Part shown: in pieces, positions 1 through 9,351 of the stretch | Position numbering within the stretch: the first letter of the stretch is position 1 | How the letters are laid out: each line of letters opens with the position of its first letter | Assembly: GCA_050014495.1 (NCBI GenBank) | Contig: JBEKDF010000037.1 | Location: 1-29,215 of the forward strand | Reading direction: 5' to 3' | DNA length: 29,215 nucleotides | DNA from: Candidatus Bathyarchaeia archaeon | GTDB taxonomy: Archaea > Thermoproteota > Bathyarchaeia > TCS64 | Program-made: the position numbers and the translations under genes | Notes under the pieces: model-generated | Database searches by the model: none | The model's input: only the letters and a program-made list of their open reading frames with translations | Told to the model about the DNA's origin: nothing

Positions 1-250
1 CTTCTCTGGCTTGATGTAGGACCTAGATCCCTTCCACGAGGGGTTCCTCTCCGCCTTGATTCTAGCTAACTCGCCAGCAAGATACTCTCAGCGTGCACGC
101 GCTCCCTCCCCCCGCGAGTTATTCTAATGCTTTATCAGTGAACCAACGCATCTGCGCCTGAGAAGTTGAGACCCTTCATACGCGTACGTGGTTTTAAAAG
201 CGAAAAACGCCTAAACTAGGAGTCGTACATGATATATTGGAGGATTAAAT

Positions 251-1096
251 ATGCCCATCATTCTACCGAAGGGTAAGAAGTGCGCCGTTGTCGTGAGTTG
301 GGACTTCGACGCCATGTCAGCATTCGTACTCAGAGGCGAGACAACTCCTACCTTCATATCAAGGGGTGAGTTCGGAGCTCGTGTTGGCGTGCCTAGAGCC
401 CTCGACCTCTGTGATAAGTACAACTTCAAAACAACATTCTTCGTTCCTGGGTGGACTATAGAAACCTACCCGGAGCTTACTAAGAAGATCTTTAGCAAGG
501 GTCATGAAATCGGCCATCATATGTGGTGCCACGAGAATGCGCCTGATCTCAGCTACGATAAGGAGCTGGATCTGATGGATAGGGCAATGGGATCCATAAA
601 GAGCGTAACAGGGAAGAACCCTGTCGGGAACCGCTCTGGTGGTTTCGCCAACAGCAACAATACAATAAAACTTCTGCAAGATCACGGATATCTTTATGAT
701 AGTACCCAGATGGGTGATGACTTCCACGTTTACAAATGTAGGATAGGAGATCATGGCTCTCCGGCTGAGCCGTGGGTCTTTGGTAAGGAGTCAAATATAC
801 TGGAGCTGCCAATCTCATGGGTCATGGATGACTGGCCCCACTTCGAGTTTCAGCGTACCCCTAGTCTAAACCCCGGACTTCACACGCCCTCTCAAGTCTT
901 TGAGATCTGGAGCCAAGAATTTGACTATATGTACGATAATGTACCCAATGGAGTCTTTACGATAACCTTGCACCCCTATGTCAGTGGTAGGGCTCATCGG
1001 ATCATGATGGTGGAAAAGCTCATCCAACACATGATGAAACAATCAGGTGTGTGGTTCTGTCGCTGTGAGGATATCGCAAGGTGTTGGAAGGACTAA
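251..1096 (+). CDS. Polysaccharide deacetylase family protein (CE4, PuuE/HpPgdA-like)
   Basis: SWDFDA, S-RGEFGARVGVPR, TFFVPG, GHEIGHHxxxH, YLYDST, ELPISWVMDDWP and TLHP motifs typical of this CE4 subfamily. Confidence 0.9.
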   Translation: MPIILPKGKKCAVVVSWDFDAMSAFVLRGETTPTFISRGEFGARVGVPRALDLCDKYNFKTTFFVPGWTIETYPELTKKIFSKGHEIGHHMWCHENAPDLSYDKELDLMDRAMGSIKSVTGKNPVGNRSGGFANSNNTIKLLQDHGYLYDSTQMGDDFHVYKCRIGDHGSPAEPWVFGKESNILELPISWVMDDWPHFEFQRTPSLNPGLHTPSQVFEIWSQEFDYMYDNVPNGVFTITLHPYVSGRAHRIMMVEKLIQHMMKQSGVWFCRCEDIARCWKD

Positions 1097-1138
1097 TCAC
1101 GCGTGCGCCTAAGGATTTACAAAATCTATAAAATATAT

Positions 1139-2133
1139 TGCTCTGTGGATTAACTTGTAGCGGTTAATGCTTTATTTTACTCAAACCCACCCCACCAGCC
1201 AATCCCTCACATGTTCACCAGCATATTATAGAGAGCCACCTTACCCCCAGCTCCCGGACGATGCTCTCAAAGCTCCTGGCGAGGCTAAGCTCCCCAAACA
1301 ACCGCTTAAACGTCGAGTAAGAGGTCTCCACAGCCCACCGCCTCCCATAGCCGGTGATCCGGGCCCAAGCCTCGTACCCCAGCTCCCTGATCTGAGACAC
1401 AGCCCCCCTCCGAGCTGGAGGCCCCGTATCCAGCCTGGCGTTCCTCCGGGGCTTGACGACGGGCTAAATCCCTCGATTCCCCAAAAACTCGTACACGTCC
1501 CCCGAGTCGTAGGCCCAATCCCCGTAGACCCTGGCCACCCGTACGTTTCCCTCGACTCCCTCCACCAACCCGGGGAGGGCCTTCACGTCGTGCACGTCGT
1601 CGGTGGAGATCTCCATGGCGACGACCTCGTGTGTCTCCGTGTTTACGGCGAAGTGGAGCTTCACGTAGCGCTTCTTCTTACCGTGCTTCCTCTCTATCCA
1701 GCCGCCAGCTTTCTGGGCCTTTATACCGGTGGAGTCGACTGCGATGGAGACGGGGTCGCTTGTCTCCTTGAGGCCTCTGTAGGGGTCGACGGGTAGGCTT
1801 AGGATGCGTATCATGAGGCCGGAGTAGTCGCCTTGTGGTAGGTCTGGTACGAGTCTGTGGAGGGTTCTGGTGAAGCCTTCGAGTTGGCGGTAGGGCATCT
1901 GGTAGAGGTATCTTACCGCTGCTAGGAGCTCTACGTAGCTGTTGGCGAGCTTGAATTTGGGTCCTGGTCTGCCTTCGTTCATCTTTTTGAGTTCTTTTCC
2001 GTGTTTTTTCAGTGATTCTGTGTCCAGGATGAGTTCTCCTCGCCGGATGAGCCTTTGATCGGTCTCTTTCCAGTCCATTGGTTAGAAATGTGCCCTGTTT
2101 GATCTATAAGTTTTACCGATAATCCACAAAGCA
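1139..2133 (-). mobile_element. IS5-family (IS903-like) insertion sequence, ~995 bp, decayed
   Basis: Terminal inverted repeats TGCTCTGTGGATTA (1139-1152) and TAATCCACAAAGCA (2120-2133) match 13/14 and enclose a DDE transposase; no exact target duplication seen. Confidence 0.88.
1207..2078 (-). pseudogene. IS5-family DDE transposase pseudogene
   Basis: LIRRGE, PYRQLEGF, AVDSTGIK, YVKLH, GDxAYDS and GYGRRWAVET motifs. In-frame TAG at 1464-1466 joins ORFs 1464-2078 and 1215-1400. An apparent frameshift in the G-run near 1244-1248 moves the likely C-terminus KVALYNMLVNM* into another frame. Confidence 0.88.
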
Positions 2134-2139
2134 TAAAAA

Positions 2140-2373
2140 ATGGTAACAAACAAAAAACATGGTTCTCTTGAGACTCTATTTGACATATCGCAAAAAGAAA
2201 CGCCAAAGATACCACCAAGTATGTTGATTAGACATGCTATTGTAAAGTTTGGAGATATTGAGGACATGGACACGATAACAGATAGAGTAGTCCAAGAATT
2301 GATAGACCAAGCAATTGAGGAATATAAACAGGCGCATAGACATGGGGCAACCACTCCAAAAAAGGTGGGATAA
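2140..2373 (+). CDS. Small hypothetical protein, possibly a helical DNA-binding (ribbon-helix-helix-like) protein
   Basis: 77 aa ATG ORF in an AT-rich islet, 3 nt upstream of the next ORF; amphipathic helices SMLIRHAI and VVQELIDQAIEEY. Confidence 0.5.
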   Translation: MVTNKKHGSLETLFDISQKETPKIPPSMLIRHAIVKFGDIEDMDTITDRVVQELIDQAIEEYKQAHRHGATTPKKVG

Positions 2374-2376
2374 AAA

Positions 2377-2748
2377 ATGACAAGGGTAAGTGTGCGCCAA
2401 GAGAAAATTCTATTGGGATTACTTTTAAGAAACGACACAGACAAATATGGGTCAACAATTCGGACACTCATCGACATAACTGAGACTAATGAGCAGTGGG
2501 CATCTGATTGGAGAGCCAAGGGGTACATAGTTCCAATTTCGTGGAATAACTCAATGCAAGTTAGCTTCAGGAATAGTCTGGGGAAACTTGAGAAACTGGG
2601 GCTGGTTAATGGAGTTGGGCATAGGTGGGTTTACGATAAAAATGGGGTTATACGATGGAAACTAACGGATACAGGCGCACAGAAAGCGACGGAGATTCGG
2701 ACACGAATACAGACCTATGTCAGTATCTACAGTCCATTGGTATTTTAA
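2377..2748 (+). CDS. Hypothetical protein, probable winged helix-turn-helix
   Basis: 123 aa ORF; SFRNSLGKLEKLGLV...RWKLTDTG resembles the recognition helix, wing and LTxxG end of MarR/PadR-like wHTH domains. Confidence 0.6.
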   Translation: MTRVSVRQEKILLGLLLRNDTDKYGSTIRTLIDITETNEQWASDWRAKGYIVPISWNNSMQVSFRNSLGKLEKLGLVNGVGHRWVYDKNGVIRWKLTDTGAQKATEIRTRIQTYVSIYSPLVF

Positions 2749-2856
2749 AATACCATGGTATTAACTTTAAGGCACTATGGTTTATGTGGCCCCATAAATT
2801 TTAAGACATTATAGTTTATGGAGCATTAATAAACTTTAAGGCGTAAAAGTTCATAA
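2749..2856. repeat. 14-bp palindrome followed by three degenerate direct repeats (period 34-35 bp)
   Basis: AATACCATGGTATT at 2749-2762; AACTTTAAGGCACTATGGTTTATG (2763), AATTTTAAGACATTATAGTTTATG (2797), AACTTTAAGGCGTAAAAGTTCATA (2832). Confidence 0.7.
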
Positions 2857-3008
2857 GTACGTCAAAGATGTTTCATAGATAAGGCAAACTAATTCACACA
2901 ACTGTCATAAATTGCATTTCTAATTACCCAATATAGGACAAAAAGACACAAAAACCGTGTTTAACGTTTAATGAAATTAGGACAACGATATTTATTATTA
3001 TTGTCTTC

Positions 3009-3338
3009 ATGGACAATGACATGCCATACATGCTCGAGTGGCGTGGGAAGAAGACGGGTCTCGTGGAGCTTCCGGTCGAGTGGATGCTGGATGATTGGCC
3101 CCAATATGACACATATAGGCGTAGTCCCGAGGAAGCGTACAGGGAGTGGAGACCCGAGTTCGAGGGCATCTACCGCTTAGGTCGCTACTTCGGCCTCACA
3201 TGTCACCCCCAGGCTACGGGTAGGATAAGCCGCCTCGACATGCTCGAGAAGCTTCTCATTGATATGGAGGAGAAGGGAGATGTCTGGTTCGCGACCGGGA
3301 AGGAGGTAGCGGACTGGACTCGTAAGAAACTAGAATAG
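3009..3338 (+). pseudogene. 5'-truncated polysaccharide deacetylase (C-terminal part only)
   Basis: MDNDMPY, ELPVEWMLDDWP, LTCHPQ and VWFAT align with the C-terminal part of 251..1096; the N-terminal catalytic part is replaced by AT-rich DNA. Confidence 0.8.
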
Positions 3339-4109
3339 CTTCCTCACAGCTTCTACCAAGGCTGGTAGGGACTCCCCCGATTGAGCCCTGACTACAATGT
3401 CGCTTAGCTTACTCAGTTCGCTTTCCAGTGGGTTTACTTCGATTATGACGCCACCTCTATTTCTGACTATGAGTGGTAGGCCTGCAGCGGGGTAGACGAT
3501 CGCTGAGGTCCCAGCAACGATCATGCAGTCGCTCTTTGTGGCCTCAGTTTGGCATGCATCTAAGACGTCTCTCGGGATGGGTTCACCAAACATGACTACA
3601 TCATCCTTCACGATGCCATCGCATTCCGGGCAGTGAGGGGGTAACGTTGTGATCTTGAATCCCTCCCTTGGAAATCTCTTGCCACAGCTTACGCATCTGA
3701 GTTTCAGCCTATTTCCATGGATCTCTAGGACCTTTCTGCTTCCCGCCTTTGTGTGTAGGTTGTCGATGTTCTGAGTGATTAGTGACTTAAGAATTCCCAT
3801 GGTCTCCAATTCGGCAAAAGCTAGGTGGCCCGAATTTGGCCTAGCCGCCGTTATGCTGTCCCCGAAGCCACTCCTCCTATCTGGGTTTAGTGTCTCTTCC
3901 CAGTACTGCTTTGGGTCTTCCTCGAATCTCTTATACCCATCCATTGGCGGTTCCCCCCGCTCTGTCCAGATGCCGCCGGGGCCGCGGAAGGGGCGAATTC
4001 CGCTCTCTACTGAGACCCCTGCTCCTGTGAGGGCGGTCACATACTTGGAGTCGATTATTAATCGGGCGGCTTCACGGATCTGGGTCATAATGGCTTTGTT
4101 GAGTGGCAT
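3330..4109 (-). CDS. cobB: NAD-dependent protein deacylase, Sir2 family
   Basis: TGAGVSVESGIxxFRG, ITQNID, EIHG, two CxxC pairs, VVMFGE and GTSxxVYPAA motifs. Confidence 0.95.
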   Translation of the reverse strand: MPLNKAIMTQIREAARLIIDSKYVTALTGAGVSVESGIRPFRGPGGIWTERGEPPMDGYKRFEEDPKQYWEETLNPDRRSGFGDSITAARPNSGHLAFAELETMGILKSLITQNIDNLHTKAGSRKVLEIHGNRLKLRCVSCGKRFPREGFKITTLPPHCPECDGIVKDDVVMFGEPIPRDVLDACQTEATKSDCMIVAGTSAIVYPAAGLPLIVRNRGGVIIEVNPLESELSKLSDIVVRAQSGESLPALVEAVRKLF

Positions 4110-4144
4110 GATTGAGTAAGCAGCGAGAGTAGAGAAAAGCGTAG

Positions 4145-5068
4145 CTACTTGGCTCTCTCCCTTAGAGCCTTAGTCAGTGCTGGGAGGACTGTGTAGATAT
4201 CACCGATGAGGCTGTAGTCGCTTAGCTCATGGATACCAGCAGATTCATCACTGTTTATGCTGACGATCGTCTGGCTATCCCTTATCCCCGCAGCGTGCTG
4301 GATTGTCCCCGAGATGCCACAGGCCACATAGAGTCGCGGCGCCACCTTCTTCCCACTTATACCGACCCACTGATCCATCCAGCCTAGGTCGGCGGAGATG
4401 GGTCTGCTGCATCCCATCTTTGCGCTGAGCTCGACGGCGAGTTCCTCGAGGAGCCTAAGATCCTCTCTTTTCTTGAAGCCCCTCCCCGCTGACACTATCA
4501 CCTTTGCATTCTCAAGCCCCGCGTCCCCGACTCTCTTGAGTCTCGTTTCGACGACCTTGATCTTGCTTGATGAAGTGGGGAGGTCTAGCTCAACTATCCT
4601 GCCCCGCTGCCCCTGTGTCTCTGGTTTCTGGAAACTTCTTGGGGGGGCACTGACGATCGCTGGCTTACCCTTGATTATGCCCATAGCGATGACTGATCCC
4701 CCGTAGGTCAACCTCTTTGTTGTGAAACCCCCGTTGGTCGGTTGAATGTCGTAACAGTCCGCCGAGTATCCCGCGTTTAAGATAGCTGCGACCCTTGAGG
4801 CAATCTCTCTACCTCTCCTAGTCGAGCCGACAAGGACTAGGTCCGGTGTCTCGGATGAGATGATCTGAAGGAGAGCGGCTTTGATCGTGTCAGTCGTACT
4901 ATCCTTCACGTTATAGACGGTTACCCCATATTCTACCAGTTCTTTGGCTTGTGAGGCACTAAATGTAAGCGCTGAGACATCAGCACCCGACAGCTGCAGA
5001 GCCTTTCCGAGGAGCTGGAGTGAGAGCTCCACGTTCTCTGAGTAGATGAGTGTCTTCATGTTTCTCAC
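4145..5068 (-). CDS. etfA: Electron transfer flavoprotein subunit alpha
   Basis: VSAGRG, GCSRP, VGISG, LYVACGISGTIQHxAG and IGD motifs; overlaps the etfB stop. Confidence 0.93.
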   Translation of the reverse strand: MRNMKTLIYSENVELSLQLLGKALQLSGADVSALTFSASQAKELVEYGVTVYNVKDSTTDTIKAALLQIISSETPDLVLVGSTRRGREIASRVAAILNAGYSADCYDIQPTNGGFTTKRLTYGGSVIAMGIIKGKPAIVSAPPRSFQKPETQGQRGRIVELDLPTSSSKIKVVETRLKRVGDAGLENAKVIVSAGRGFKKREDLRLLEELAVELSAKMGCSRPISADLGWMDQWVGISGKKVAPRLYVACGISGTIQHAAGIRDSQTIVSINSDESAGIHELSDYSLIGDIYTVLPALTKALRERAK

Positions 5069-5853
5069 TCCAGTACACCGATCTCAGTGAGTATCGAGAC
5101 AAGCTTCGAGACCGCCTCATCGACCTTCTCCGCTTTGATGACTATGTGCTTCCTCTTCACCTCAGGGACCTGAAGATCGACGACCTCGACCGTGGATGAA
5201 GCTTTGAGGTCATCTGCTTTAAGTCCTAGAGCTTCAGCGTTCCATTCTGTGAAGGGCTTCTTCTTCGCCTTCATTATATTCATTAGACTGGGAATGCGGG
5301 GCTCATTGATTTCCCTCACCACCGTAACGAGGAAGGGAGGCTCGGCTTCGATGACCTCGTCGACGTCCTCCAGATTTCGAGTCGCCTTGAACTTGCCCGC
5401 CTCGAACTTCAATTCTTTGGCGTATGTGATTTGAGGGAGACCCAGTAACTCCGCCACGCGAGGACCTACCTGGGCACCCATCCCATCTAGCGACAATTCT
5501 CCGGCGATGATGATATCAAAGTCGCCTGCCTTCCTCAGAGCCGCTTTCAATATTTGGCTCGTCTTGTTCGCATCTAGGCCCTTCAACGACGGGTCTGAGA
5601 CGAGATAGGCGGCGTCAGCGCCCATCGCCAATGCCTCTAGGATGCTTGATTTTGTTCTATTGTCACCTAGTGAGATGGTGATTACCTCTACCCCTCCAGA
5701 CTCCTTAATCCTTAAGGCGGCTTCTAATGCCCTCTTGTCTAGGTCATTAAGCCTTCTCTTAGCCCCCTCCACCATTGGCCGGCGGGTTGTGACGTCTACT
5801 TTCACCTCGTTGAGATCTGGGATGTCCTTTACCAGGACTGCTATCCTTGTCAC
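5065..5853 (-). CDS. etfB: Electron transfer flavoprotein subunit beta
   Basis: VLVKxIPD, DxxALEAAL, ALAMGAD, GxxSLDGxxAQVG and NEPRIPS motifs. Confidence 0.95.
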   Translation of the reverse strand: MTRIAVLVKDIPDLNEVKVDVTTRRPMVEGAKRRLNDLDKRALEAALRIKESGGVEVITISLGDNRTKSSILEALAMGADAAYLVSDPSLKGLDANKTSQILKAALRKAGDFDIIIAGELSLDGMGAQVGPRVAELLGLPQITYAKELKFEAGKFKATRNLEDVDEVIEAEPPFLVTVVREINEPRIPSLMNIMKAKKKPFTEWNAEALGLKADDLKASSTVEVVDLQVPEVKRKHIVIKAEKVDEAVSKLVSILTEIGVLE

Positions 5854-6011
5854 CCTGAATCAGCGAACCCTCAATTCGTTTTACCCATTTATCAACGTTC
5901 TGAGCGGAGACTGCCGAGCTGGCGGCTCTATGAATCAAGAAGCTGCCTGACTTGTGGGGTGGGGGTTCCACTCCAAGCCTTTAAGAGAGTCACTTGCAGT
6001 TGAATATTGGT

Positions 6012-7085
6012 ATGCCCGAAAAAAGATTGGTCATCCTCGCCCTAATCCTGCTTATTCTATCAACGACACCAGCGTTGGCGCTCTGCGACACGCCAGTAAG
6101 CTTAGCGAAGATTTCAATCATCACCACTCCTGCACCATACCTCAACCAACTTACCTCCGGGGACAAGTGTCGGTTCCAGGTTATGATTCAAAACCTCGGC
6201 GTCGATGTCCGCGAGGGAGAAATCGTAAACGCGTCAATCCCTAGTGTAAAGTACTCCGGAAACTTCACGCTCGAAACATCGTTTGAGCTACGTAAGCAGG
6301 GAAGACTATTCTATAACGGGCAGTCCGTCAGCTACATCACATCTCTGAATAACACTCAAATCGACAACTACTATTCCTTTAAAATACCTCCGGTGAACGG
6401 GACATTGAGCACGAGCTTCACCTACAACCTAACTAAGGGATACGAGGTATTTGGGGTAAGACCTGATGAGGATATGGTCCTCTATTTTAGAGTCAACCTC
6501 TTCACCCAAACATACTCTGACGCAAATGGAACCCATCAACTTCAGGTAGGTAATAAGATCAAGACACAAAAAAACGAGTATTATATTATCGACTTCGTTA
6601 AGAAGGAGTACCTCAAAGGAAAATTTCTCGACATAGCAGGCGAGATTGGTGCGCTGAAGAATATAAACAGCGGCCAAATCGCAATCGGTAAGGATTACTT
6701 CAACAACATCGTGAACAACATCAACTCCACTCTTACGAAGGGTGATTATGTAAGCGCCCTTCAACTCATCACCAATTATTACCAGTTAGATCAAGAGAAA
6801 CTCATAGCGCTTCTCTACGCCAACCTGAACTCGACGGGGAAGGCGGCGGATAGCTATGTTAAGCTGAAGCAGGATTACAGCACGCTTAACGGCCAATACA
6901 CAGTGCTGCAGAAGGACTTTGAAACGGTTTTGACCTTGAATCAGTTACAGCAGGAAAACATCACGCAGCTTGAGGCTCAGGCACAGAGCAATAGGCACGA
7001 CTTTCTAGTACAAAGTCTGACTGGTTTTGTCGTCTTGTTCTTGGTAGGATTATTACTTGGTTCAAGGTTACGTTTCTTCAGATAA
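6012..7085 (+). CDS. Secreted, C-terminally membrane-anchored hypothetical protein with coiled coil
   Basis: Signal peptide MPEKRLVILALILLILSTTPALA (ATG at 6012 preferred), Q/L heptad region, C-terminal TM helix followed by a basic tail, nine N-X-S/T sequons. Confidence 0.75.
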   Translation: MPEKRLVILALILLILSTTPALALCDTPVSLAKISIITTPAPYLNQLTSGDKCRFQVMIQNLGVDVREGEIVNASIPSVKYSGNFTLETSFELRKQGRLFYNGQSVSYITSLNNTQIDNYYSFKIPPVNGTLSTSFTYNLTKGYEVFGVRPDEDMVLYFRVNLFTQTYSDANGTHQLQVGNKIKTQKNEYYIIDFVKKEYLKGKFLDIAGEIGALKNINSGQIAIGKDYFNNIVNNINSTLTKGDYVSALQLITNYYQLDQEKLIALLYANLNSTGKAADSYVKLKQDYSTLNGQYTVLQKDFETVLTLNQLQQENITQLEAQAQSNRHDFLVQSLTGFVVLFLVGLLLGSRLRFFR

Positions 7086-7146
7086 TCCTCATCGTGTTTC
7101 CGGAAAACGCTTTAAGGCTATCAGTTCGTAATCTGGTTGACTATTC

Positions 7147-8973
7147 ATGAAGCCTGAAGGGGTTAGGAGGATCGCAGTATTGGGCGCGGGCGTTATGGGG
7201 CATGGCATCGCCCAGATCGCAGCTCAGGCCGGGATCAGTGTCATCCTAAGGGATGTGGAGCAAAACTTCCTAGACGGGGCGAGAGCAGGTATTGAGAAGA
7301 ACCTCACACGACTGGTTGAGAGGGGGCGACTCAAACCCGAGGATATCCCTGTTATCTTGGGAAGAATAAGTATGACTCTGAGTCTGTCGGACGCCGTTAA
7401 GGAAGCAGATGTAGTCATCGAGGCTGTACCGGAGAGGATGGAGGTCAAGCATAGTCTCTGGGGAGAAGTTTCCCAAAACGCCCGCCCCGACGCCATCTTG
7501 GCGACCAACACTAGCAGCCTCAGCATAACCGAGATGGCTACTGTTGTATCGGACCCGGGCAGGTTCATCGGTATGCACTTCTTCAACCCGCCGACGATCC
7601 TCAAGCTAGTTGAGATAATACCCGGAGAAAAAACGAGGCCAGAGACGATCGCGTCGGTTAAGGACCTTGCTGAAAGGCTCGGAAAAACCGCAGTAGTCGT
7701 ACGCAGAGACGCCCCCGGCTTCATAGTCAATCGCGTCCTAATCACCTACCTTAACGAGGCTGCGAAGCTCCTAGACCAGGGCTATAACAAAGAGCAGGTT
7801 GACGCAGCTATGCAGTACAAGGCGGGGATGCCTATGGGCCCATTCATGCTCGCTGACCTGATTGGTCTCGACATCACCTATAATATTCTCAGAGTCTTCG
7901 AGGAAAATCTTGGTGCTGCATACAAGGCAGCGGAGCCGATACGCCGCCTCTTCGAGGAGAAGAAACTCGGCAGGAAGACGGGGGAGGGCTTCTACGTCTA
8001 TGGTAAACCGGAGGTGAAAGAGGAGCAGGCGGTGGGATTCGACCCCTCCATCCTCTTGAAACCATTCATTGCAGAGGCTGAGAGGCTCGTCACCGAGGGG
8101 ATCGCTGATCCAGTCTCTGTCGACTTAGCCGTTAAACTGGGTGCTAACCTCCCCATGGGGCCCTTCGAGATGAAGGCACGCCTCCAGGCAGGTGTTGGCA
8201 TCGAGGAGAAACCAGTCATCATGGAAACCCAGAACAACATCCTGAAGATCACGATAAACCGCCCATCGAAGCTCAACTCCATAAGCTCTGAGATGCTGAA
8301 GACCATAGCTGACGCCATCGAGAAGGCCAACTCGGATAAATCGATCCGGTGCGTGGTAATCACCGGGTCGGGGGATCGCGCGTTCTCAGCCGGCGCGGAC
8401 ATAGACGAGTTTAGTAAACTCACGCCTGCTCAGGCGAAAGACTACAGCGGGACCGGGAAGATAGCGATGAAGAAGATTAAAACAGCTGAGAAGCCCATCG
8501 TTGCAGCAATAAATGGCTTCGCCTTAGGTGGAGGCTGCGAACTCGCATCCTGGTGTGACTTCAGAGTTGCCAGCGATAAGGCTAAGCTCGGACAACCCGA
8601 AGCGAACCTCGGCGTCATTCCCGGCTGGGGTGGAACAAAGATCCTCGCTGAGCTCATCGGAAAACAGAATGCAAAGCTTCTCATCACGACTGGGGAAACC
8701 GTGAGTGCCGAGGAGGCGAGGCACATGGGCCTCGTCGACAAGGTCTTCCCGGCAGCCGAGTTCAATGTGAAGGTTGACGAGTTCGTGGCAAAGCTAGTGC
8801 TGGCCTCACCAAGCGTCATCGGCGCGGTAAAGAGACTTACAAACCCTAACGTCGATGAAGGTAACTTGGAGGAGGAGTCCAATGAATTCTCCAAGCTCTT
8901 TGAGACAAATGATTTCCGTGAGGGAGTGTCCGCCTTCAAAGAGAAGCGAAAACCCGCTTTCTCAGGCGGGTAG
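7147..8973 (+). CDS. 3-hydroxyacyl-CoA dehydrogenase / enoyl-CoA hydratase fusion (archaeal HAD-ECH order)
   Basis: GAGVMGHGIA, EAVPE, ATNTSS, GMHFFNP and PGFIVNR, followed by crotonase motifs AFSAGADI, ALGGGCE and GQPE. Confidence 0.95.
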   Translation: MKPEGVRRIAVLGAGVMGHGIAQIAAQAGISVILRDVEQNFLDGARAGIEKNLTRLVERGRLKPEDIPVILGRISMTLSLSDAVKEADVVIEAVPERMEVKHSLWGEVSQNARPDAILATNTSSLSITEMATVVSDPGRFIGMHFFNPPTILKLVEIIPGEKTRPETIASVKDLAERLGKTAVVVRRDAPGFIVNRVLITYLNEAAKLLDQGYNKEQVDAAMQYKAGMPMGPFMLADLIGLDITYNILRVFEENLGAAYKAAEPIRRLFEEKKLGRKTGEGFYVYGKPEVKEEQAVGFDPSILLKPFIAEAERLVTEGIADPVSVDLAVKLGANLPMGPFEMKARLQAGVGIEEKPVIMETQNNILKITINRPSKLNSISSEMLKTIADAIEKANSDKSIRCVVITGSGDRAFSAGADIDEFSKLTPAQAKDYSGTGKIAMKKIKTAEKPIVAAINGFALGGGCELASWCDFRVASDKAKLGQPEANLGVIPGWGGTKILAELIGKQNAKLLITTGETVSAEEARHMGLVDKVFPAAEFNVKVDEFVAKLVLASPSVIGAVKRLTNPNVDEGNLEEESNEFSKLFETNDFREGVSAFKEKRKPAFSGG

Positions 8974-8975
8974 GT

Positions 8976-9350
8976 CTAGAGAGTCTTGAAGGCGAGGATC
9001 GACTTCTCTCCGTTCTTCAAAACCGTGAAGATGGCTCTTGACCCAACAGTGAGTTTCTTTGGCTCTTCAGCCACCATGAGGCCGGAGATCGATGGTCCCT
9101 CGTCTAGCTTCACTATCCCCACAGTGTATGAGCACAGTCCTTTGAAGGCGGTGGATGGGGTTCTGTTCAAAGTCACCGCCCCGAGGGTTCCCTCCCCCTT
9201 GAACTCGTACCATTCTAGTTGACGTGAGCCGCAGCTAGGGCAGATCTGTCGAGGTGGTATGTGGAGCTCTCCGCAGCTCTTGCATCTGTTCCCCATAAGC
9301 TTGCCCTGAGCTACGAATCCGTTGAATGTCTTTGTCGTGAATTCACTCAT
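8976..9350 (-). CDS. DUF35 Zn-ribbon/OB-fold protein (thiolase partner)
   Basis: CKSCG...PPRQICPSCGS, GEGTL, GIVKLDEG; start taken at MSEF (9350), immediately after the thiolase stop. Confidence 0.9.
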   Translation of the reverse strand: MSEFTTKTFNGFVAQGKLMGNRCKSCGELHIPPRQICPSCGSRQLEWYEFKGEGTLGAVTLNRTPSTAFKGLCSYTVGIVKLDEGPSISGLMVAEEPKKLTVGSRAIFTVLKNGEKSILAFKTL

Positions 9351-9351
9351 T

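Noticed and set aside
1..90. Minus-strand frame EYLAGELARIKAERNPSWKGSRSYIKPEK running off the window
   Set aside because: No in-frame start codon after the upstream stop; cannot be supported from this window
1464..1466. In-frame TAG in the transposase as pyrrolysine or programmed read-through
   Set aside because: The gene has other lesions (likely C-terminal frameshift, altered GDGAYD motif), GAG-to-TAG is a single change, and no pyl genes are in the window
1167..1796. 209-aa plus-strand ORF
   Set aside because: Antisense shadow of the transposase
2763..2856. CRISPR mini-array
   Set aside because: Repeats are degenerate, linkers are only about 10 bp, and no cas genes are present
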